A DNA stretch of 64,000 nucleotides from Spirochaetia bacterium (GCA_965198005.1 CBDAOI010000004.1:1056001-1120000), one strand, 5' to 3'; positions 7,729 to 17,764 are shown, numbered from the stretch's first letter. Program-made: numbers and translations. Notes: a model not told the origin generated them from the letters alone.

Positions 7729-9765
7729 ATGTCCGATAGTTCGTCCGACACGCAGAGCGGTAGGGACACAGCCGCGGCGACCGATCAGCCGGCCGTGCCG
7801 GCGAAGCAACCGCCCGCGGCGATCGACCAGTCGGCCCCGCGGCCGCCGGAGAAGCCGCCGGCGGCCCAGAACGGCGACCAGCCGGGAGACCGCCAGCAGG
7901 GGTTCTGGCAGAACGTGCGCGTGCCCGACCTGGTGAAGCACCGCATCGAGGTGGTCAAGCAGCAACGCCGCCTGACCAAGAAGGTGCGCCAGCTCATCCG
8001 CAAGTTCGTTCCGGTGGTGGTGGTCGCGGCTGCGGCTACGCTGATCTGGTCGAACGAAACGATCCTCAACATCTTTCTGCAACTACTCAGTTTCGTTGGC
8101 CAGCTCCTGTTCGCCATTCTGTTCATGCTGGTCCAGTTCGGATCGCTGTTCTGGTTCATGTCGCGCTCCAAGATCGAGCGCATCCGTCCCGAAGACCCCA
8201 AGATCATCACCTTCGACGACTACTGGGGCCAGCCGCGCCTGAAGCGGCTGGTGCGCCAGTGGCTCGGTCTGCTGTCCGATCGCCAGCAATTCGTCGAGAT
8301 GGGCGGCCGTTATATCAACGGCCTGCTGCTCTACGGGCCCCCGGGAACCGGCAAGACGATGCTGGCCAAGGCGATGGCCGGCGAAGCTGGCGTGGCGTTC
8401 ATATCGATCGAGGGGTCCGGCTTCCGCGCCATGTTCTGGGGCGTGGACGTGATGAAGATGATCTGGTTCATCCGCAAGGCGCGCAAGCTGGCGCAGCGCT
8501 ACGGGGCCGCGATCGCTTACATTGACGAGATCGACGCCGTCGCCCAGAGCCGCGGTGGCGTGATGGGCGGCGGCGGCGGCGGTGGCGGCGGCGGCGGCGG
8601 CGCGGGCGGCTTCATGGGCGGTGGTGGTAGCGGTGCGCTGACCCGCCTGCTGTATGAGATGGACGGCATCGACAGCAAGACCCTCAAGGAAAAAATCAAG
8701 GGCAAGCTGTTCCAGGTAGCGGGCAAGAAGCCGCCCGACCGGAACTGGCACGTGCTGTTCATGGGCTCCACCAACCGGCCCGACGTGATCGACCCGGCGC
8801 TCAAGCGTCCGGGGCGCTTCGATCAGCTCATCAAGGTGGATCTGCCCGACCGCACCGGCCGGCGCGAAATCGTCGAGGGTTACCTGCGCACCGTCAACCA
8901 TGACGACACCGTGGACGTCGAGGCGATCGTGATGAACAACCGCGCCGCCACGCCGGCGCAGATCATGGCCGCCATCACCAAGGACGCCGTGCGCGTAGCG
9001 CTGTTCGACCACCGCAACGCCGTCTCCCAGCAGGACATCGAGAAGGCGTTCCTGCAGCAGTACACCGGTATCGAGAACCCGATCGAGGAGATGGAGGAAC
9101 GGCAACGCTGGGAGGTGGCGGTGCACGAGGCGGGGCACGCGGTGGCCCAGCACTACCTGATGCCGGACACCCGCATCGCGCACATTACCATCGTGCGCCG
9201 GGGCGACGCACTCGGCTTCGTGCTGCCGATGGACGAGGTGGAGATGTACTCCCAGCCGCTCAGCCGCATCGTGCGCGATCTGATGGTGTGCCTGGCGGGG
9301 CAGGCCGCCATGCGCGTGGTGTTCGGCGAGTCCTTCACCGGCGCGTCCGGCGGGGACTACCCGATGGTGCGGGAGCGGCTGTGGCGGCTGTACAATGAAG
9401 GGTACTTCGGACCGCCGGTGGTCGACTGGCGCACCGGCCGTGACTCTACCGGCGGCGCCGTGGCCGACCGTGACGCGCAGGCCGCGCTGCGGCGCATGTG
9501 GGGCGACCTGCAACAGCGCACCGAGGCGTTGTTGCGTGACCACCAGGCGCAACTGACCGACTTGGCCCAGCACCTGGTGGACCACAACTCACTGAGCACC
9601 AAACAGGTGCTCGCGATCCTGGGACCCAACAAGCCGGATACGCCGCCCGAACTGCTGCCGTCGCCGCCGAAGCTGCAGCCGCCGGAGCCGCTGCAGCCGC
9701 CCGAGCAGCTCGAGCCGCCGGCCGCGGCCGCTTCCCAGACCGAGCCGGGCGCCGCCGCCGGCTGA
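7729..9765 (+). CDS. FtsH-like membrane AAA+ ATPase with M41 Zn-peptidase domain (atypical paralogue)
   Basis: N-terminal hydrophobic helices, GPPGTGKT, IDEID, STNRPDVIDPALKRPGRFD, HEAGH. Confidence 0.88.
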   Translation: MSDSSSDTQSGRDTAAATDQPAVPAKQPPAAIDQSAPRPPEKPPAAQNGDQPGDRQQGFWQNVRVPDLVKHRIEVVKQQRRLTKKVRQLIRKFVPVVVVAAAATLIWSNETILNIFLQLLSFVGQLLFAILFMLVQFGSLFWFMSRSKIERIRPEDPKIITFDDYWGQPRLKRLVRQWLGLLSDRQQFVEMGGRYINGLLLYGPPGTGKTMLAKAMAGEAGVAFISIEGSGFRAMFWGVDVMKMIWFIRKARKLAQRYGAAIAYIDEIDAVAQSRGGVMGGGGGGGGGGGGAGGFMGGGGSGALTRLLYEMDGIDSKTLKEKIKGKLFQVAGKKPPDRNWHVLFMGSTNRPDVIDPALKRPGRFDQLIKVDLPDRTGRREIVEGYLRTVNHDDTVDVEAIVMNNRAATPAQIMAAITKDAVRVALFDHRNAVSQQDIEKAFLQQYTGIENPIEEMEERQRWEVAVHEAGHAVAQHYLMPDTRIAHITIVRRGDALGFVLPMDEVEMYSQPLSRIVRDLMVCLAGQAAMRVVFGESFTGASGGDYPMVRERLWRLYNEGYFGPPVVDWRTGRDSTGGAVADRDAQAALRRMWGDLQQRTEALLRDHQAQLTDLAQHLVDHNSLSTKQVLAILGPNKPDTPPELLPSPPKLQPPEPLQPPEQLEPPAAAASQTEPGAAAG

Positions 9766-9821
9766 CCGGCCTAACGCCACAACCGGCGCCGGGACGCCGC
9801 TTGTGGCCCATCCCGTCCGTC

Positions 9822-9858
9822 CGTTAGGAGTCTGTCGCAATCCGACAGACTCCTAACG
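9822..9858. terminator. Perfect 16-bp inverted repeat between convergent genes (likely bidirectional terminator or IS/MITE scar)
   Basis: CGTTAGGAGTCTGTCG-caatc-CGACAGACTCCTAACG. Confidence 0.6.
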
Positions 9859-11220
9859 CGACCAGAACGCGAAGTCGCCGCGCGCGACGAACTGCGGTTT
9901 CAGGGAACCGCTGGCGGCGGATACGAACACGCCGGGGAAGCCCTGGCTGGTGAACGCGCTGTAGGTCAGGTAGCGGCCGTTGGGCGACCAGATCGACGCG
10001 GAGCGCAGGTACTGATCGAAGTACGGCAGGTGGCTGCGCAGAAAAGCCTCGCTGATCGGGAACTGCACGATGCGCCAGGAGGTGCCGCGGTCCGCATCGG
10101 CTACCCGCAACTCCACGTACAGCAGGTTGGGCTGACGCGCGAACAGCGGCTCCAGCACCAGACCCTGCTCCGGGTCGGGTTGCGCCGGCACCAGATAGGC
10201 GAGGCGTTGTCCGTTCGGTGACCAGAAGAAGGCGATGATGTTGCGCTCGGCGAGCGTGACTTCACTGCCGCCCCGGGCGTCGATGATCGACAGCTCGCCG
10301 TCGGCGGCGAGTCCGGGGCGCGACCTCTTCAACACCGCGAGCCGGGTGCCGATCGGGGCATACGCGATGTAGGCAAACCCCGGCACGTCGGTGAGCACCC
10401 GCTCCTCCGGGCCGTCGAGTTCGCGCACCACGAGCTGGGAGCCGTCGCCACTGCCGGCCACGTACGCCATGTAGCGGCCGTCGGGCGAGATCGCCGGCGC
10501 CTGGAACCCGGTCGGAGCCACCGTGTAGTCGGCCTTGGTGCGGACCGGGTCCAGCGGCACCAGCGTCAAGCGCGCCGCCACCGAAGAGCGGGCGTCGCCG
10601 CCGACGTGCGTGAGCAGGGCGCTGCCGTCGGGGAGCCAGCTCCAGAAGTAGGGCTGGCCCTTGTCCAGGGTGCGGTACGACTCCTGTTCCACGTCGACCA
10701 CACCCAGTTCCAGGCGGAGTGAGTCGAGCGGTTGCGACAGCAGAGTGAGCAGGCGGCCGTCCGGCGACCAGTACAGGTAGATCGGGCGCAGGGTCTCGGT
10801 GGTGAACACCTCGCGTTGCCCCGTGCCGTCCCAGTCGGTGAGCATGATCGACGTGGTCACGGCGCCGCCCGGCGCCACAGCAGTGCGGGCGAACGCGATC
10901 CGCCGATCGTCCGGCGCCCAGGTGGGCTGCATGTAGGAGACGATCGCCGTCCGATCGCGACTTACGCCCGCGTCTTCGGTCAGCCTGGTTTCACGGCCGC
11001 CGGACTGATCGACGCTGTAGATGTTGCCGTCGTTGCCGACGTACCCGATGCGCCCCACCTTGCGCTGCAGCGTCTGCAGCAGCGGGCTGGTTTCCAGCCG
11101 CAGCCGGTTTTCGCCGCAGCCGACGGCCAGCAGGGCGCCGGTGGCGAGCGCCACCCCGACCGCCAGCCGGACGGCGCGCGACTGCCGCCCGCGACTTCCG
11201 GTGACGGCGCGGCTCACCAC
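9853..11220 (-). CDS. TolB-like (PD40/WD40-like beta-propeller) lipoprotein
   Basis: Lipobox LAVGC; repeated WAPD/WSPD/WSPN...I/LA motifs. Confidence 0.8.
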   Translation of the reverse strand: MVSRAVTGSRGRQSRAVRLAVGVALATGALLAVGCGENRLRLETSPLLQTLQRKVGRIGYVGNDGNIYSVDQSGGRETRLTEDAGVSRDRTAIVSYMQPTWAPDDRRIAFARTAVAPGGAVTTSIMLTDWDGTGQREVFTTETLRPIYLYWSPDGRLLTLLSQPLDSLRLELGVVDVEQESYRTLDKGQPYFWSWLPDGSALLTHVGGDARSSVAARLTLVPLDPVRTKADYTVAPTGFQAPAISPDGRYMAYVAGSGDGSQLVVRELDGPEERVLTDVPGFAYIAYAPIGTRLAVLKRSRPGLAADGELSIIDARGGSEVTLAERNIIAFFWSPNGQRLAYLVPAQPDPEQGLVLEPLFARQPNLLYVELRVADADRGTSWRIVQFPISEAFLRSHLPYFDQYLRSASIWSPNGRYLTYSAFTSQGFPGVFVSAASGSLKPQFVARGDFAFWSR

Positions 11221-11221
11221 G

Positions 11222-12586
11222 TCAGCGCCAGGACCAGAATCCGATCAGCCCGTCGACAACCCGCCGCGGTGCTATGTTGCCCTCCGCCTTCGCCACGACT
11301 ATGCCCGGCCCCGCCTGCGACAGCGCGGCGAACACGATGTTGCGGCTGTCCGGCGACCAGACGCGGGCCGTCAGATAGTACTGATCGAACTGCTGCACCA
11401 CGGACAGGAACTGGGAAGTGGGCACGAAGCTGGCGATCTCGCGCCCGGTTCCCTTGCGCACGTCGTGGACGTACAGCGTCAGAAACAGCGTCGGCGGTTG
11501 CTGGTCGTCGTTCGGATCGCTCACGAAGCCGGGCACGAAGTAGGCGATCTTCCTGCTGTTGGGAGACCAGAAGAACCCCAGCACCACCTGCCCTTCGGTT
11601 ACCGCCCGGTCCTCGCCGCCGCGCTCCTCCAGCGCCACCAGCCGCAGGTCCCCCTGCACTTCTCCATCGATCCGGCTGCGCGTGACGTGGGCGACCAGCT
11701 TGCCGTTGGGCGACCACGCGAACGCCAGCGAGGCGTCGATTCCCGCCGCCGCCCGGCCCAGCACCCGATATACCGACCCGTCGCGGCTGGTCATTACCAG
11801 CTCCGCCTGGTCGCCGGCCAGCACCGCGACCAGGAACCGGGTGCCGTCCGGCGACCAGGCGGGCGCCTGAAACCGCGCCGGGCGCAGCGCCATGCCCTCC
11901 TCGTAGATCCCGCCGTCGACATTGAGAAACGCCAGCCGCGAGCGCGGCGCCAAGCCCGACCCGCCCGCGTGCACGATCATCGAGCGGGCATCGGGAGCCC
12001 ACGACCAGTAGAACGGGTTGCCGGCGTCGAGCATGGTCGCCTCGCCGCCCACCGCGGGAACCATCTGCAGCGCCGATGCCGTGCCGCCCGAGGTAGAGGT
12101 AAGGAAGGTGAGCCATTCACCGTCGGGAGACCAGTACAGGATGCGGGGCATGTACTGGCCGCTGGAGAACGCCTGCACGATGTTGGAGCCGTCCGGCGAG
12201 GTCGTGAACACACTGGTGGAGTCCGCGAACCGGGTGTTGCCGTAGATGCCGATGAACGCCAGACGGGAGTCGTCCGGGGCCCAGGCCGGAAACTGGTAGT
12301 AGCGGAGCAACCCGCGTTCATCCTCGGCCTGGGGAATGACGGCGTCCTCGGTGACCGCGGTCAGGTTCCCGCCCGCCTGATCCATGGTGTAGATGTTGCC
12401 GTCGGTGCCGGCAAACGCGATGCGGCCCGACTTGCGCTCCACGAACCGCAGCAGCGGACTCTGGCCGATGGTTACTTCGTCGCCCGAGCAGGACGCCAGC
12501 AGCAGGGCGATCAGCGTCGCGGCGGTCGCCGCCGTCCGCCGGCTGCGCCGCCCGCGCACCCGTCCCGGCCGGGCGGTGTCCGCCAT
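11222..12586 (-). CDS. TolB-like (PD40 beta-propeller) lipoprotein, paralogue of the adjacent gene
   Basis: Lipobox LLASC; repeated WSPD/WSPN motifs; shares SPLL...GRI...DGNIY..DQ.GG and FDQY...WSP with its neighbour. Confidence 0.8.
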   Translation of the reverse strand: MADTARPGRVRGRRSRRTAATAATLIALLLASCSGDEVTIGQSPLLRFVERKSGRIAFAGTDGNIYTMDQAGGNLTAVTEDAVIPQAEDERGLLRYYQFPAWAPDDSRLAFIGIYGNTRFADSTSVFTTSPDGSNIVQAFSSGQYMPRILYWSPDGEWLTFLTSTSGGTASALQMVPAVGGEATMLDAGNPFYWSWAPDARSMIVHAGGSGLAPRSRLAFLNVDGGIYEEGMALRPARFQAPAWSPDGTRFLVAVLAGDQAELVMTSRDGSVYRVLGRAAAGIDASLAFAWSPNGKLVAHVTRSRIDGEVQGDLRLVALEERGGEDRAVTEGQVVLGFFWSPNSRKIAYFVPGFVSDPNDDQQPPTLFLTLYVHDVRKGTGREIASFVPTSQFLSVVQQFDQYYLTARVWSPDSRNIVFAALSQAGPGIVVAKAEGNIAPRRVVDGLIGFWSWR

Positions 12587-13896
12587 CAGCCGCTGGACCG
12601 CAGCAGCGCCGCCTGCGAGGCGTCACGCACCGGATCCACCGCTTCGGTCACCGCGTCCCAGTCGGTGCCCACCCGGAGATTGGGTTCCAGTCCGTTCAGC
12701 CCGACGTCCAGCAGAGCGGGAGTGCGGTAGGCCGTGCCGGTGATGAACAGCCGGGAGCCGTCGGGCAGCGGCACCAGTTGCAGTGTTTCGAGGTCGCCGC
12801 TGGTGCGTGTCCCGAACAGCACCGCGCGTCCGATACTCTGCAGTGCCGCGGCGAAGATCTCGGGGCGTCCCTCCGTATCGGGGCCGATCAGAATGGCCAG
12901 CGGCAGCGTCTGCGACCCGGCTACGTCCTGTCCGGTCACGGTGATCGGAAAGCTCTCCTGGGTGGTGTAGATCTCACCCAGCGCGCCGTCCGCGAACAGG
13001 GTCAGCATCTCCACCAATGGCCAGGAGTCGCCGATCGCGGCGATCCGCAGATCCAGGATGATGCCGCGCAGAGCGACCTGCTGCGCCACGCTCTGCAGCA
13101 CCTGCACTACCTCGGTGGTCAGCGTAGCGGTGGTCTGGCGCGGGAACAGCAGATAGGCGAGGTCGGATTCGGGCAGCACCGCGAACCGCAGGCGGCTGGC
13201 GGCCTCGCCGAGTTGCACCTGGCCACGGGTCACGGCGACGTCACGCGGCGGTTGATGGGGCGAGCGCACGGTGAGCGTAACCACCGACCCGGCCGGGCCG
13301 CGGATGCGAGTCACGACCTGCTCGCCCTCCTCGCGGCGGATCGGAATGCCGTCCACCGCCAGCAGACTGTCGTGGTCGCGCAACCCGGCGCGTTCGGCCG
13401 GCGAGCCGGACATCACCGACAACAGAATGACGCGCGGCGTGGGAATGGCGCGGAACGCCACGTAGGCCCCGATCCCCTCGTAGTGGCGGGAGTCGGTCGA
13501 CTGCAGGCCGATGCGCTCGTCCCGCGACTGCCAGATGGCCGCATCCGGCGGCAGCTCACGGATCATCTCCCGGATGACGTCGGGAAACTCGGAGTCGCGG
13601 ATGAGGCCGAGGACCTTGGTTCGATAGCGGCTTTCCAGATCGTCCCACGGCACCGCGTGGTGCTCGCCGTACACGTAGTGCTCGCGCAGTGTCTCGATAA
13701 GCTGGTTGAAGGTACGTATTTGAACGTCGCGCAACGAGGCCGCGGCCTCGTCGGGATTCTGACTGCGCTGCTCCTGCCCCGCTTCGACGACGGCAAACGG
13801 CGCCTTCTGTCCGGCCGGTTCGTCCCGGCGGGTGCACCCGGAGAAAAGCAGCAACGCCGCCAGGGACGCGGCGACCAAGTAGTTCGTGGCCGACAC
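12586..13896 (-). CDS. S41 (CtpA/tricorn-like) PDZ lipoprotein, catalytic residues apparently absent
   Basis: Lipobox FSGC; PDZ GIGA...GSPAERAGLR; S41 fold motifs ILDLR and LPDGS.L.IT...YRTP; start (GTG 13896) inferred. Confidence 0.78.
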   Translation of the reverse strand: MSATNYLVAASLAALLLFSGCTRRDEPAGQKAPFAVVEAGQEQRSQNPDEAAASLRDVQIRTFNQLIETLREHYVYGEHHAVPWDDLESRYRTKVLGLIRDSEFPDVIREMIRELPPDAAIWQSRDERIGLQSTDSRHYEGIGAYVAFRAIPTPRVILLSVMSGSPAERAGLRDHDSLLAVDGIPIRREEGEQVVTRIRGPAGSVVTLTVRSPHQPPRDVAVTRGQVQLGEAASRLRFAVLPESDLAYLLFPRQTTATLTTEVVQVLQSVAQQVALRGIILDLRIAAIGDSWPLVEMLTLFADGALGEIYTTQESFPITVTGQDVAGSQTLPLAILIGPDTEGRPEIFAAALQSIGRAVLFGTRTSGDLETLQLVPLPDGSRLFITGTAYRTPALLDVGLNGLEPNLRVGTDWDAVTEAVDPVRDASQAALLRSSG

Positions 13897-13988
13897 TCTT
13901 CTTACGACACTCGTCCTTGAATAGTAACCGCGCACCGCGCCGTTGGCAAACGCCAATGGCCCGCCGGGCCCGCCGCACCCGCCGCGCG

Positions 13989-14018
13989 TTGACACGTCGC
14001 CGGCCCCGTCGCTATATC
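13989..14018 (+). promoter_or_regulatory. Putative sigma70 promoter of the ffh operon
   Basis: TTGACA at 13989, 18-bp spacer, TATATC, close to the ffh ATG. Confidence 0.45.
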
Positions 14019-14027
14019 AATGGACCT

Positions 14028-15383
14028 ATGCTCGAAGGGCTGACCGGGAAGATCGGCGACGTGGTACGCCACGTCTCCGGGAGAGCCCACGTTACCGAGA
14101 AGAACATCCAGGACGCGGTGCGCGAAATCAAGGTGGCGCTGCTCGAGGCGGACGTGAACCTGCGGGTGGTGCGTCGCTTCGTCAACCGCACCACCGAGGA
14201 TGCGCTCGGGGAACGCGTGCTGCGCGGGGTGTCACCCGGCGAGCAGTTCACCAAGATCCTGCTGGATCGCATGACCGAGTTGCTGGGCGGCACACGCGCC
14301 GAGCTGAGCCTGAAGGGCTCCGACGCGCTGTCGACCATTCTGCTGGTGGGTCTGCAGGGGTCGGGCAAGACCACCACGGCCGCGAAGCTGGCGCACCATC
14401 TGCGCGAACAGGGCAGGAAACCGATGTTGCTGGCGGCCGACCGGGTGCGGCCGGCGGCGATCGAGCAGCTCGGGCAGCTTGGCCGGGCGATCGGCGTGCC
14501 GGTCTTCAGCGGCCCCGGCGATGGCGGCGGCGGCGGCGATGCCGGTGACTCGGCCGTTGCCACGGTTGCCGCCGGCCTGCGCCAGGCTCGCTGGCTCGAG
14601 TGCGACGTGGCGATCATCGACAGCGCCGGCCGCCTGCAGGTGGATCAACAGCTCATGGCCGAGCTGCGTGCCATGCATCGCGCCGCCGCTCCGCAGGAGA
14701 CGCTGCTGGTGGCGGACGCCATGACCGGCCAGAGTGCGGTGGAGATCGCCGGCGAATTTGACCGCCAGGTGGGGCTGACCGGCGTTATATTGAGCAAGCT
14801 CGATTCCGATGCCCGCGGCGGTGCGGCGCTGTCGATCCGGGCCGTCACCGGCAAGCCGATCAAGTTCGCCGGCACCGGCGAGTCGCACACTGCCCTGGAG
14901 CCGTTTCATCCGGAGCGTATCGCTTCCCGGATTCTCGGCATGGGAGACGTCGTGGGACTGGTCGAGCAGGCGCAGGAAAGCTTCGACCAGGAGCGGGCGA
15001 CGCAGCTCGTCAAGAAGATGCAGCGGCGCACGTTCACCATCGCGGACTATCTCGACCAGTTGGCCGAGTTGCGCAAGATGGGCAGCCTGACCTCCCTGGT
15101 GGAGAAGCTCCCGGGCATGCAGGCGGCGGTAGCGTCGGGCGCGGTCAACGAGCAGGCGCTGGGCCGCGAGGAGGCGATCATGTGTTCGATGACCCCGGGT
15201 GAGCGTGCCAATCCGCGCATTCTGGGGCCCAGTCGGCGCAAGCGCGTGGCGCGTGGCAGCGGCACCTCCGTGGCGGAAGTGAACCGGTTGCTGAAGAAGT
15301 TCGACAAGCTGGCGCTGGCCATGAAGAAGATGACGCGGAACAGGAAGTATCAGGAGAAGATCCTCGCGCAGCTCGGCAGTTGA
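14028..15383 (+). CDS. ffh: Signal recognition particle protein
   Basis: ALLEADV, GLQGSGKTT, DSAGR, DARGG, RILGMGD, M-domain SMTPGER. Confidence 0.97.
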   Translation: MLEGLTGKIGDVVRHVSGRAHVTEKNIQDAVREIKVALLEADVNLRVVRRFVNRTTEDALGERVLRGVSPGEQFTKILLDRMTELLGGTRAELSLKGSDALSTILLVGLQGSGKTTTAAKLAHHLREQGRKPMLLAADRVRPAAIEQLGQLGRAIGVPVFSGPGDGGGGGDAGDSAVATVAAGLRQARWLECDVAIIDSAGRLQVDQQLMAELRAMHRAAAPQETLLVADAMTGQSAVEIAGEFDRQVGLTGVILSKLDSDARGGAALSIRAVTGKPIKFAGTGESHTALEPFHPERIASRILGMGDVVGLVEQAQESFDQERATQLVKKMQRRTFTIADYLDQLAELRKMGSLTSLVEKLPGMQAAVASGAVNEQALGREEAIMCSMTPGERANPRILGPSRRKRVARGSGTSVAEVNRLLKKFDKLALAMKKMTRNRKYQEKILAQLGS

Positions 15384-15416
15384 GCCGCCGGCGCGCGCAC
15401 TTAGGGAGTAACTGAC

Positions 15417-15698
15417 GTGAGTGTCAAGATCCGTTTGAAGCGATTCGGGACGAGAAAACGTCCCTACTATAGAATTGTAGTGATGGACTCGAGGGCGCCG
15501 CGCGACGGCCGCGCCATCGAAGAGGTCGGACTGTATCACCCGATCGAACCGGATGACCGGCAGATCCGCCTCGACACGGAGCGGGTCAAGGCCTGGTTGC
15601 AGCGTGGCGCGCGGCCCAGTCCGACGGTTCGCCGACTCCTGAACAAGCAGGACGTGCACGTCACCAGCGACCAGGATGGGCCGAACGCGGCGCCGTAG
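15417..15698 (+). CDS. rpsP: 30S ribosomal protein S16
   Basis: VKIRLKRFG...[16 protein letters not shown]. Confidence 0.97.
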   Translation: MSVKIRLKRFGTRKRPYYRIVVMDSRAPRDGRAIEEVGLYHPIEPDDRQIRLDTERVKAWLQRGARPSPTVRRLLNKQDVHVTSDQDGPNAAP

Positions 15699-15718
15699 GC
15701 GGCGCCTGGGAGCAACTG

Positions 15719-15952
15719 GTGGAAAAGGACCTCGTGGAATTCATCGCCAAGGCGCTGGTGGACGAGCCTGAGGAAGTCACGGTGAACATGATCGAGGGTG
15801 AGAAGTCCACGATTTTCGAGTTGCGCGTCGCCTCCGGCGATCTGGGCAAGGTGATCGGCAGGCACGGCAGGATCGCCCGGTCGATCCGCACCATTCTCGG
15901 CGCGTCCGCGACCAAGACCGGCAAGCGCGTCGTGCTCGAGATTCTCGACTGA
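15719..15952 (+). CDS. khpA: KH-domain RNA-binding protein KhpA
   Basis: [14 protein letters not shown] loop; conserved position after rpsP. Confidence 0.92.
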   Translation: MEKDLVEFIAKALVDEPEEVTVNMIEGEKSTIFELRVASGDLGKVIGRHGRIARSIRTILGASATKTGKRVVLEILD

Positions 15953-15976
15953 CCGTTCGCGGGCGAGTCACCGGAG

Positions 15977-16486
15977 ATGGTGCGGAAACTGGCCACGGCC
16001 ACGCTTGGCGCCCCGCACGGCGTCCACGGGTTTCAGGCGGTGCGCAGCCTGTCGGGTGAGACCGACCATCTGTTCCGGCTCACCGAGGTCGAGTTGCGCG
16101 ACCGCAGCGGCGCCCGGCGCCAGCACCGGACCGTCGCCGAGGTGCGCAGCGTCGGCGCCAAGATGATCCTGCGCTTCGCCGACGTGCAGGCACCGGAGCA
16201 GGCGCGCCAGTTCTCCGGCTGGGTGGTGTGGGTGCCGCGCGGGCAGGCCAGCGGGCTGGCTGCCGGGGAATACTACGTTGCCGATCTGTGCGGCTGCAGC
16301 GTATATCAATGCGGGCGGTCGCGGGGGGTGGTGTCCGATCTGATCGCGGCCGGCGGCGACGACGTGCTGGAAGTGACCGAGCCGACGGGGGCGACCTTCC
16401 TGGTGCCGTTCCGCGAGCGGTTCGTGCCGGGGGTGGACATCCTGGCGCGGCGGATCGACCTTGCGGACGAGTACGAGCGGCCGTGA
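15977..16486 (+). CDS. rimM: Ribosome maturation factor RimM
   Basis: PHGVHG, EYYVADLCG, LVPF; operon context. Confidence 0.9.
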   Translation: MVRKLATATLGAPHGVHGFQAVRSLSGETDHLFRLTEVELRDRSGARRQHRTVAEVRSVGAKMILRFADVQAPEQARQFSGWVVWVPRGQASGLAAGEYYVADLCGCSVYQCGRSRGVVSDLIAAGGDDVLEVTEPTGATFLVPFRERFVPGVDILARRIDLADEYERP

Positions 16487-17190
16487 AGTTCACCGTGCTT
16501 ACGCTGTTTCCCGAGATCTTTACGGGATTCATCGATGCCACTATCCTCGGTCGCGCACGGCGCGAGCGCAAAGTCGCGATCGAGCTGGTGCAGCTCCGCG
16601 AGTTCGCCACGGACCGGCACCGCACGTGCGACGACTACCCGTACGGCGGCGGTCCCGGCATGGTGCTGCGCCCGGAGCCGCTGGCGGCGGCGTTGAACGC
16701 GCTGTGGACGGAGGGGCAGTGGACCGTGTGTCTGTCCCCCGCCGGACGCCTGCTCAATCAGGCCGTGGTGGAGGAGTATGCGCGGCGGGAGTCGATCCTG
16801 CTGATCGCCGGGCGGTACGAAGGGATCGACCAGCGGATCATCGATCGCTACGTGGACGAGGAACTTTCGATCGGAGACTACGTCCTCGGCGGCGGTGAGG
16901 TGGCGGCGATGGTGGTAATGGAGACGGTGAGCCGGATGGTGCACGGTGTGATCAACCGCGCCTCTCTCAAGGACGAGAGTTTCGTCGGCGATCTGCTCGA
17001 GTACCCGCACTACACCCGGCCCGAGCTGTTCGAAGGGCAGCGCGTGCCGGAAGTGCTGCTGTCCGGGAACCACGCGCGGATTGCGGCCTGGCGGCGCGAA
17101 CAGAGCGTGCTCAAGACCCGGCGCTATCGGCCGGAGCTGCTCGCCCGGCGCGAAGCGCGCGGAGGAGACATGGAGGAACGAGATGAGTGA
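16483..17190 (+). CDS. trmD: tRNA (guanine-N1)-methyltransferase
   Basis: [42 protein letters not shown] overlaps the rimM stop. Confidence 0.96.
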   Translation: MKFTVLTLFPEIFTGFIDATILGRARRERKVAIELVQLREFATDRHRTCDDYPYGGGPGMVLRPEPLAAALNALWTEGQWTVCLSPAGRLLNQAVVEEYARRESILLIAGRYEGIDQRIIDRYVDEELSIGDYVLGGGEVAAMVVMETVSRMVHGVINRASLKDESFVGDLLEYPHYTRPELFEGQRVPEVLLSGNHARIAAWRREQSVLKTRRYRPELLARREARGGDMEERDE

Positions 17191-17542
17191 CCAGGTGATT
17201 CGCGCGGTCGGACGCCCTCAGGAACGGGACGACCCCACGCCGTTCCGGGTGGGAGATACGGTCCGCATTCACTACAAGATCATTGAAGGGAAGACCGAAC
17301 GGGTCCAGGTGTACGCCGGTATCTGCATTGCGTTCCATGGCAAGGGACTTACCCGGACCTGCACCGTACGCAAGATCTCCTATGGCGTGGGGGTCGAGCG
17401 CGTGTTTCCGGTCCACAGCCCCAAGATCGTGCGGGTGGAGGTGGTCCGCCGCGGCCGCGTGCGGCGCGCCAAGCTGTACTATCTCCGGAACCGCGTCGGC
17501 AAGGCGGCGAAGGTCAAGGAGTTGCTCGGCAGCCGCGGTTGA
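17183..17542 (+). CDS. rplS: 50S ribosomal protein L19
   Basis: [33 protein letters not shown]. Confidence 0.97.
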   Translation: MSDQVIRAVGRPQERDDPTPFRVGDTVRIHYKIIEGKTERVQVYAGICIAFHGKGLTRTCTVRKISYGVGVERVFPVHSPKIVRVEVVRRGRVRRAKLYYLRNRVGKAAKVKELLGSRG

Positions 17543-17764
17543 GCCGGCGCCCCGGCGGGGTGGCGCGCGGTCCGGCCGACAATGCTGAACTCGACCGCGA
17601 AGTTTGACGATAGATAAATAGTGGGCGGCGGCTGCGCGGAAAGGGGGGGGCGCGCTGGTTGTTCGGCCGCACGCACTATCGTGACTGGCATTACTGAGAC
17701 TGGCCGTGTGGTCGAAGCGCCGCGCAATCACGGGACGTTAAGGTTGGGCGGGGGTATCGGGGAG

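Noticed and set aside
17643-17650. G8 tract upstream of yraN as a phase-variable switch
   Set aside because: Intergenic, not clearly within a promoter spacer, and unremarkable at this GC content
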